A stretch of 24,884 nt of DNA from Oligoflexales bacterium (lineage in GTDB: Bacteria; Bdellovibrionota_B; Oligoflexia; Oligoflexales; CAIYRB01), in contig JBGSUI010000113.1 in assembly GCA_041736175.1 (NCBI GenBank), forward strand, positions 1 through 24,884, given 5' to 3'. The position numbers and the translations under genes were made by a program. Positions 18,549 to 24,884 of the stretch are shown here, in pieces; position 1 is the first letter of the stretch; each line of letters starts with the position of its first letter. The notes under the pieces were generated by a model, which saw nothing but the letters and a program-made list of their open reading frames with translations, was not told the origin of the DNA and did no database searches.

Positions 18549-20120
18549 TCAAGGGTTAACGATTTCGACTTGGGTGAGGGAGGCGAGTCGTCCGTCTGCA
18601 TAGAGTTCAAAACCTTTAATTCGTTTATGGACCACAGCAAAAATCTCTTCGTGCCATAAAAAGATATAGGGCAATTCCTCATCGACGATCTTCTGGGCTT
18701 CGTCATAGAGAGCCTTACGCTTCGCAGGCTCGTTTTCTGCCTTGGCTTGGCGGAGGACAAGATCAAGCTGGGGGTTTGAATACCACCCTCGGTTGCCACC
18801 GTCCGGGGGAAAACTCGCCGTCGCAAAAGCAAATCGGTAGATGTCTGGGTCCTTAAAGCCAATCCAAGACAGACTCCAAAGCTGGACTTTCCCTTGGTCC
18901 ACATCGCTTTTAAATCGCCCCCATTCTAGGGTTTCCACCTTGACGTCGATCCCAATCTTGCCGAGATCTGAGGCGATCGCTTTGGCGACCATCACCCGCG
19001 TGATATCCGTCGTGGTTTTGTAGGTGATGGAAAATCGCGGGCGAGGACCTGCCCCATCTGGATCGGCTAGCTGGGCCTCGTCGAGGAGGGCCATGGCCTT
19101 TTGGGGTTCGTAGGTTTTTTCCTTAAGACCCTTATTGAAAAAAGGGTCGTTCTTTAACAGGATGGTGGCCGCAGGTTCTGCCATCCCCTTAAGGATGTAG
19201 GTGATGATTTTTTGGCGGTCGATCCCCAAAGCGATTGCTTGCCTTACTTTAACGTTTTTTAAGATGGGGTCTCGCATATTGACCCCCAAATAGGTGGTGG
19301 TCAATCCGGTTTGTCGTTTGACCTGAAGCTGGGGGTGTTTCTTTTCGAGTTCGTCTAGTTTATCTCGGTTGATCAGGTTTTGGACGATATCGATTTCACC
19401 GGCGACCAGTTTAGCATAACGAGTGTTTTCGTCCTTGACGACCTTGATTCTTAAGAGAGCGACTTTAGGTTTTTCCCTAAGTTGATAAACCGGGGATGGC
19501 ACCATCGTGATCTGGCTCGTCTGCTGGGACTCCAGGATAAAGGGGCCACAACCTACGATTTTCAGGGGTTCTTGGAGCATATCTCCCCCCGCAAGATCCG
19601 CAGGCAGGAGTCCCACAATCAGATTGATCACAAAGGCAGCGTCTGGCTCTCCGAGTTCAAAAACAACCTTGTCGTTCCCCTGTGGCTTCACCGTCTTCAA
19701 CTTAGCAAAGGCATTCTTCCGGGGTGAGGGGACTTTGACCTTGGAGTTTATGAAAAAGTTATAGGTCGCAGCGACGTCTTGGACGGTGACTGGTTTTCCA
19801 TTGCTAAATTTAACATCAGTCCTGATCTGGACCTCCAGGGTCGTGGGGTTGACCCACTGCCAGCTTTTGGCAACGCTTCCCTGCTTTTCACCCTTTTGGT
19901 CATATTCGATCAAAGAACAGTGAAGGAGGTTTTCCAGGTATTGGGAGTTAGCGTCCTGGGCATAGCGTGGGTCAAAGGTTCGCGGTTCGGAGTCCCAGGC
20001 AAGGTTGACTTCCCCTCGAGGTGCAGCTGGTGTCGGTGCCCCTTGACACAGATCTTGGCCTATCCATAGGCTTAAAAAAAAGGTCGCCCTGGGCACCCAT
20101 TTAGTCATCAATCGATTCAT
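18549..20120 (-). CDS. Peptide ABC transporter substrate-binding protein (family 5)
   Basis: TFDP, VKFSNGKPVTVQDV, GCGPF, VRQAIALGIDR, YSNPQLD, RKALYDEAQKIVDEELPYIFL. Start uncertain (20120, 20132 or 20162). Confidence 0.92.
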   Translation of the reverse strand: MNRLMTKWVPRATFFLSLWIGQDLCQGAPTPAAPRGEVNLAWDSEPRTFDPRYAQDANSQYLENLLHCSLIEYDQKGEKQGSVAKSWQWVNPTTLEVQIRTDVKFSNGKPVTVQDVAATYNFFINSKVKVPSPRKNAFAKLKTVKPQGNDKVVFELGEPDAAFVINLIVGLLPADLAGGDMLQEPLKIVGCGPFILESQQTSQITMVPSPVYQLREKPKVALLRIKVVKDENTRYAKLVAGEIDIVQNLINRDKLDELEKKHPQLQVKRQTGLTTTYLGVNMRDPILKNVKVRQAIALGIDRQKIITYILKGMAEPAATILLKNDPFFNKGLKEKTYEPQKAMALLDEAQLADPDGAGPRPRFSITYKTTTDITRVMVAKAIASDLGKIGIDVKVETLEWGRFKSDVDQGKVQLWSLSWIGFKDPDIYRFAFATASFPPDGGNRGWYSNPQLDLVLRQAKAENEPAKRKALYDEAQKIVDEELPYIFLWHEEIFAVVHKRIKGFELYADGRLASLTQVEIVNP

Positions 20121-20431
20121 TCTAATCCCCATTTTGTTGCAAAAATAGGATATCAGGGCCACCTCTGGATGTCCATGTCCGAACCTCTAACATCCACCTG
20201 TTTAGACTACATTTTAAAATAAAATGAACCTTGGAGAGATTTCGAGACTTATTTATGTCCCCATTAAAATCCATGCCCCTAATTTTTTCCTAGAAAATTC
20301 AAAAAATTACGACTAATATCATCAGGATCATTTTAAAAAGTCCTTGTCCTTTAGGACCGTTTTGTGCAAAGTCCGGTAAACCGCAGTTTAAATCACAGTT
20401 GGGTGACCCCAAATCAAGAGTAAAAACTAAT

Positions 20432-21445
20432 ATGGCAAAAAAAACCCCCAGTCGAGCAGCATCGATGGCTCCCCTGTTTCCTCAGTATGACCAACAGGAG
20501 CTAGAGCAAACAGTGCCTCATAAAAAAAAATCTGAATCTGCACGACAGGCAACACCCATGAAGACGCTCACTAAATCCAGCAAATCGCAAAAACTAGACA
20601 CCAAGACCCAACCAGCTCCACAGACTCAACAACTTAAAATGGCACAACCTAAAATCAAAACCCCAGAAACTCCAAAAACCAAGCTTAAGGTCACCCCTAA
20701 GGACAAGGTTTCTACAACAAAACTCGCTGAACCTGAAATACTAGTCGCCACGGAACCGACTTCGACGGTCTTCACGATCCCACTGGCTCCTCCAGCCCCT
20801 GTGGAAATCACCAAACAGGAATTGGCTGCAAAGGAATTGGCTGCTAAGGAATTGGCTGCAAAGGAATTGGCCCAAATCCCTGGCAAGCCTGTTGGGTTGC
20901 GTGAGGAAACGAAACCACAACCCGAGCCAGTGAAAGAGAATCAAGGTAAACGACCTCTTTTTGATATTCCAGAGGATGCCCTTCCTCCGCCTCGGCCCGA
21001 ACCCATACTCGCCCTGCGACCCTCGGTGCCCCTCCATGCCAAACTCATCGCACAAGCCCGCGATGAAGGGATCTCTGTGGAGAGTCTGGCTCTGGAGATG
21101 CTTGCTGAAAGCGTTGTTCTAAGAGCTTGGGAAATCGTCGAACGAAAAAACGCTATGCGCGGCCACAACCAGGGCCAACCTCCCCACCAACGCAACCCCA
21201 ACTATCGACCGCCCCGCTCTGGAAACTACGGTGACGGGTCCTTTAACAATTCGGCTTCCGGTCATTCTAACGGTCATCCTAGTGGACATCACAACGGGCA
21301 TTACAATAATCAGCATAGCGGTCACGGACAACCCCGGGACCAAAGGGGTGGCTACCGACGGCCCCACCAGGGATGGAAGGATGACCAAAGCCAATTTTTG
21401 GAATATGTACGCAACCAGGAAAAACGCAACCGACGCTCACCTTAG
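20432..21445 (+). CDS. Largely disordered protein with a central HicB-like ribbon-helix-helix domain
   Basis: K/T/P/Q-rich N-terminus, LALRPSVPLHAKLIAQARDEGISVESLALEML (HicB-like LRxxxxLHxxLxxxAxxEGxS), N/G/H/Q-rich region, terminal helix FLEYVRNQEKR. Confidence 0.7.
   Translation: MAKKTPSRAASMAPLFPQYDQQELEQTVPHKKKSESARQATPMKTLTKSSKSQKLDTKTQPAPQTQQLKMAQPKIKTPETPKTKLKVTPKDKVSTTKLAEPEILVATEPTSTVFTIPLAPPAPVEITKQELAAKELAAKELAAKELAQIPGKPVGLREETKPQPEPVKENQGKRPLFDIPEDALPPPRPEPILALRPSVPLHAKLIAQARDEGISVESLALEMLAESVVLRAWEIVERKNAMRGHNQGQPPHQRNPNYRPPRSGNYGDGSFNNSASGHSNGHPSGHHNGHYNNQHSGHGQPRDQRGGYRRPHQGWKDDQSQFLEYVRNQEKRNRRSP
20817..20871 (+). repeat. 15-bp coding tandem repeat (ELAAK), about 3.7 units
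   Basis: aggaattggctgc(a/t)a three times, then aggaattggc. Confidence 0.95.
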
Positions 21446-21523
21446 AGACCCTGGGATCTGGCGAGCTCATGTCTCGCCATCCTGTTTAAGGTCAAGATCG
21501 GGATCATACTTTAATTTCATCAA

Positions 21524-22135
21524 TCATTTGTTTGGTGTATTACAAGCAACTGCCTTAATGCTCAAACCTTGTGGATTAGCGGTAAAATCTACATAGGAAA
21601 CATAGTGTAAAGGTGGACAAACAATCCAAACCCTTCCATTTTGGGTCTTAAAATCAGCAAACTTATATATTTTGGGCGTTTCTAAACTCGACGTCGGCAA
21701 CGTAAAACCCATGCAGGTGCCGTTAGGTCGTACTTTGTTTGAAAGACTTGCCGCCACCATAACCGCACCATTGCAAGTTAGTGTCATAAAATTATGGACA
21801 CCATTCCAGAGAGGATCATTTCCATCATCATATACGGCTGAGCTCTTTTCGTAATGCCCCAGATCCAATTTTGAATTCTCACAGATACCATAAAACTTTC
21901 CATTTTCAAGTTGATAAAATCCTTTTAACCCCTGTGGGTCTTTAGAATCTTGAGCACAATCCTTCACTAAGACACCTGGATCTCCAGGTGCCGCATCTAC
22001 CGCATCTGCCGCATCAATTGACTTGGCTGATGACGAGTTATTAGTATCATTACTTGATATCATCTTACATCCAGTACCCAGGATCACTAGAGGCATTAAA
22101 CAAAATTTAAAAACATTTTTTTTCAAAGAAATCAT
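21524..22135 (-). CDS. Hypothetical Cys-rich lipoprotein
   Basis: KK...FCLMPLVILGTG-C lipobox, N/S-rich linker, 9-bp repeat encoding DAA/DAV, six further Cys. AT-rich. Confidence 0.75.
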   Translation of the reverse strand: MISLKKNVFKFCLMPLVILGTGCKMISSNDTNNSSSAKSIDAADAVDAAPGDPGVLVKDCAQDSKDPQGLKGFYQLENGKFYGICENSKLDLGHYEKSSAVYDDGNDPLWNGVHNFMTLTCNGAVMVAASLSNKVRPNGTCMGFTLPTSSLETPKIYKFADFKTQNGRVWIVCPPLHYVSYVDFTANPQGLSIKAVACNTPNK

Positions 22136-22186
22136 ACTAGAGCCCTTTCAGTTAAGATTAAATACAAATACTTAATCAGGGTTATT

Positions 22187-22202
22187 TACAATTTTTGTGC
22201 CA
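22187..22202 (-). promoter_or_regulatory. Possible sigma54 -24/-12 promoter
   Basis: Minus strand TGGCAC-AAAAA-TTGTA (consensus TGGCAC-N5-TTGCA, one mismatch), about 50 nt upstream of the lipoprotein start. Confidence 0.55.
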
Positions 22203-22523
22203 AATAAATTTGCTCTCAAGATCGACATAACCCCTTTTGGGCTCTTGGGTTTAATACGAGTCTATAAAAAGAGAATCTTCCTGAAATTGTCAATAAATTC
22301 GGTGTAATATCGAGATTTTCACAAAAAAATGATCAAGACCTCCATCAGAGACAAAACTCTATACAAGATGGACCGAAATGCCAGGTTTTAGACAATTGGC
22401 GAAATATTGGTCGATTACTTGTGTGGGTCGACTTTTATTGGATCGATTTTTGACTGCATGACCCTCTAAGTCCAGTCATCTAAAAATTTAACGAAACTCC
22501 CCGCATTGCTGGAATCTGATAAT

Positions 22524-23555
22524 CTAAGTTCTATCAAATCGACCCTGGTGGCATCCTGTGCAAGCAAAAGGCGAATAAAACATAATCACTGGCCCCGTTG
22601 GCTTTTGGGGTGGGATAATGGGTCGTCTAAAGGCCGACACGAGCCCCTCTGTTTGCTGAAGGCGACTTTCCAAAATATGTTTATAGGGCCACTTTTGGTA
22701 GTCTTTGGAACTCTTGGCTTGGGTATAGATGATTTTTGCCTGCGCTACATTTCCCTGTTTGACGAGCATGTCTCCCATGTTAAGAAAAAACCCTTCGAAA
22801 TTGTGGGGTGCGATCACCGAATTCCAGCAGGCTCTTTTAGCACCCTGTTGCACCTCCATAGACAGGTAGGGTTTTACGTCAAAACGCTCTCGGTCGACTT
22901 TCTGTCCAAAACACTCGTCGAGAACTCGCCATTGAAATTCTACCGCTTCATCGTACCTCTCATGATTGTGAGGTAGTTTACTCATGGTAAACCCAGCGGT
23001 AAAACCATTAAATTCCGGCCACGCCTCTACGGCATCGAGCATATCAAAGTAAGCCCGCCGGGTATTTCTCTCGTTTTTACTGATATCCGCTTGGGCCAAC
23101 GAACAGGCAGCATAAAACCCTGCCAGCCGGGGATCCTCAGGAAGCATTTCTGTGGCCTCTGCAAAGTAGGTCTTGCACAGGGCGGCATCATCGATCACTT
23201 CGGGACCTATGGTCTTAAAGCGACTCCATTCTGAAAGGCGCCATACATGGAGAAACCCAAGCCGGACCGCAGCGCGGGCCTGGTTGGGATCAGATGCATA
23301 GACTGCTTTATAGCGGGTGATCAGTCCAGAGATCTTTTCAATGTTCCCCGTATGGAGCGCACTCCAAAACTCCTGTTCAAGCTGTGCGAGGGCTTTTGCG
23401 GGGCTCGCGGCGGGCAGTTTCTGTGGCGCGGTCCAGTCCGCTAGGGTGGCGCAGCCTAACAGGCATAGGAAGATCCCACCAAACCTGCCACCCTTAAGGA
23501 TCCTTGGGAGCCACTGGCCTAAGACTCTTTGGGTTTTTCCGCAGTTTCGCACCAC
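22524..23555 (-). CDS. Putative TPR-like helical lipoprotein with C-terminal CxxCH motif
   Basis: GGAGG SD 8 nt before GTG, lipobox-like LLG-C, TPR-like segment FLNMGDMLVKQGNVAQAKIIYTQA, terminal CTGCH. Confidence 0.75.
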   Translation of the reverse strand: MVRNCGKTQRVLGQWLPRILKGGRFGGIFLCLLGCATLADWTAPQKLPAASPAKALAQLEQEFWSALHTGNIEKISGLITRYKAVYASDPNQARAAVRLGFLHVWRLSEWSRFKTIGPEVIDDAALCKTYFAEATEMLPEDPRLAGFYAACSLAQADISKNERNTRRAYFDMLDAVEAWPEFNGFTAGFTMSKLPHNHERYDEAVEFQWRVLDECFGQKVDRERFDVKPYLSMEVQQGAKRACWNSVIAPHNFEGFFLNMGDMLVKQGNVAQAKIIYTQAKSSKDYQKWPYKHILESRLQQTEGLVSAFRRPIIPPQKPTGPVIMFYSPFACTGCHQGRFDRT

Positions 23556-23614
23556 CTTTCATACCTCCCCATAGGATTTAAGGATGGGTTTCTTAGATGG
23601 ATTTTATTCTATCA

Positions 23615-23662
23615 TAGAGGCCTAGTTATTCAGAGCATTAGAGGCCTAGTTATTCAGAGCAT
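23615..23662. repeat. Perfect 24-bp tandem duplication
   Basis: TAGAGGCCTAGTTATTCAGAGCAT twice, in the divergent intergenic region. Confidence 0.95.
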
Positions 23663-23771
23663 GGGACAACCGAGTATTTGTCTGGATTAGACTTGAATAA
23701 TGATTTTTTTTCAGGCAGAACAAAAGACAAGAGACTACAAACCCTTCTCACCGATCAAAGTGGAGTCAACT

Positions 23772-24050
23772 ATGTTGAAAGTTATTGATCTCGACAACCA
23801 AGGGAAAGAAAACGACGGATTTGTATTTGTTCTCACCATCGGTGGCGAACGTTTGGGTGTCACGGACCAGGAGGTTATTGAGTTAGTGAAACAAAAGTAT
23901 TCCACCTCAAAAACCGCAAAAAGAGCCACCGGTAAAAAAGGCTCAAACTCCGAGACCAATCCATCCGATTCAACCACTTCTTTGGGAGAACTTGATTCCC
24001 GCACCGATGGTTCTACCGACCAGTCGCCCGTAGAAGCATCGACCCACTAG
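23772..24050 (+). CDS. Small hypothetical protein
   Basis: GGAG SD before ATG 23772; short folded-looking N-terminus and S/T-rich tail. Confidence 0.6.
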   Translation: MLKVIDLDNQGKENDGFVFVLTIGGERLGVTDQEVIELVKQKYSTSKTAKRATGKKGSNSETNPSDSTTSLGELDSRTDGSTDQSPVEASTH

Positions 24051-24073
24051 ATCTCGCTCAAGAGTGCCAGGTG

Positions 24074-24126
24074 GCAAAAACTCTCCCCTAGCCCGTACTC
24101 ATGGTACGGGGTGGGGTGAGTTTTGC
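24074..24126. other. Long imperfect hairpin (terminator or REP-like)
   Basis: GCAAAAACTC..CCCC..CCCGTAC-TCATG-GTACGGG..GGGG..GAGTTTTGC. Confidence 0.55.
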
Positions 24127-24250
24127 AGCTCAAAAAGATGTTTTTAGACGGCTGGCCACCGGCTATGTTAAACAAATGCCCTGCTCAACCGAGCACAACA
24201 CTTTATTAGCTCACATTCATAATCCCTATTTATTTGGAAGGAGCAAAGAA

Positions 24251-24706
24251 ATGAAAAATTCTGATAAGTTAGAGGATAAAACTAAAAACAACGCTCTTGT
24301 TATCTTTCTGATTGAGGCAATTCTCTTTAAAGAAATATCAAGCCAAGACGGATATACACCATACGCAGAGTCATTAAGTTTTAGTTTAGGTCAACAATTT
24401 TCCATTCAGGGAATAGGTTCAGCCTGGACTCATGGTTTTTGGAAACTGGCTGTTAACAAACTCGAAGATAAGGGCTTAGTAAGCATATCATCTATAGACT
24501 CTCAAGGTTTGCCAGAAATTACTTTGACTTCTTATTCATGTTTTCATGTGGTATCAAAAAATACATTTGATGACCTTTCGAGGTTTGCAATGAAACGCCT
24601 AGAAATTGCGAGTCCCAATGAAACATTTGAAAAGTACCGAATTTTTTTAGAAAAAGCATTTAATGGCGACATCAAAGTGATCACTGCAAATGAGGTCCTT
24701 AATTAA
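24251..24706 (+). CDS. Hypothetical protein, possibly winged-helix
   Basis: AAGGAG SD before ATG 24251. KLAVNKLEDKGLVSI...ITLT resembles a wHTH recognition helix and wing. AT-rich. Confidence 0.6.
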   Translation: MKNSDKLEDKTKNNALVIFLIEAILFKEISSQDGYTPYAESLSFSLGQQFSIQGIGSAWTHGFWKLAVNKLEDKGLVSISSIDSQGLPEITLTSYSCFHVVSKNTFDDLSRFAMKRLEIASPNETFEKYRIFLEKAFNGDIKVITANEVLN

Positions 24707-24803
24707 ATGACCGAGGTAGATCCGATTTATATACGGTACCTAAAACTTAGATCTTGCAATGCAGAAGATCTATTTATATGAAACGTGTGTTTTCTGCGGA
24801 ATA

Positions 24804-24884
24804 TCAGCTTAATTTCCCGCTTTTATCATAGCCGAGGACCACTAGCCAGATTTTAGAGTTTTGTGTTTGAGCATCTTTTTGAAT
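24804..24884 (-). CDS. Possible 3' end of a gene entering from the right edge
   Basis: Open frame IQKDAQTQNSKIWLVVLGYDKSGKLS* running from the window end. Confidence 0.3.
   Translation of the reverse strand: MQKDAQTQNSKIWLVVLGYDKSGKLS

Noticed and set aside
20999..21130. HicAB toxin-antitoxin system
   Set aside because: Only an RHH-like segment is present; no HicA-like ORF adjacent and no HicB N-terminal domain recognised.
22506..22976. 156-aa plus-strand ORF
   Set aside because: Antisense to the better-supported CxxCH lipoprotein, with no SD or motifs.
23615..23662. Mini-CRISPR
   Set aside because: Two copies directly adjacent with no spacer.

Overview
Bacterial chromosomal segment with mostly housekeeping and conserved genes: maeB, mtnC, ftsY, trpF, an HU-family gene and a Dpp/Opp-type ABC substrate-binding protein plus two permeases. 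These are interspersed with exported or lipoprotein hypotheticals, several of them visibly AT-rich. The gene types and sigma28/sigma54-like promoters suggest a Bdellovibrionota/Oligoflexia-like organism (inference). I found no rRNA, tRNA, CRISPR array, integrase, transposase or reverse transcriptase. The most interesting signals are: (1) a 655-aa protein with a plasmid RepA-like (RPA/PF10134) motif sitting among core genes, followed by a perfect 18-bp palindrome abutting a likely HU promoter; (2) a Tat-signal RCC1/BLIP-II propeller built from seven near-identical 150-bp units, variable mainly at a few loop codons; (3) a probably exported fusion of a degenerate trypsin domain and a J-domain; (4) an ftsY start region with a triplicated SD+ATG unit; (5) a sigma28-preceded 62-aa peptide with FlgM-like features; (6) a largely disordered protein with a HicB-like RHH domain. 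All family calls come from motif recognition by eye; no database search was run.
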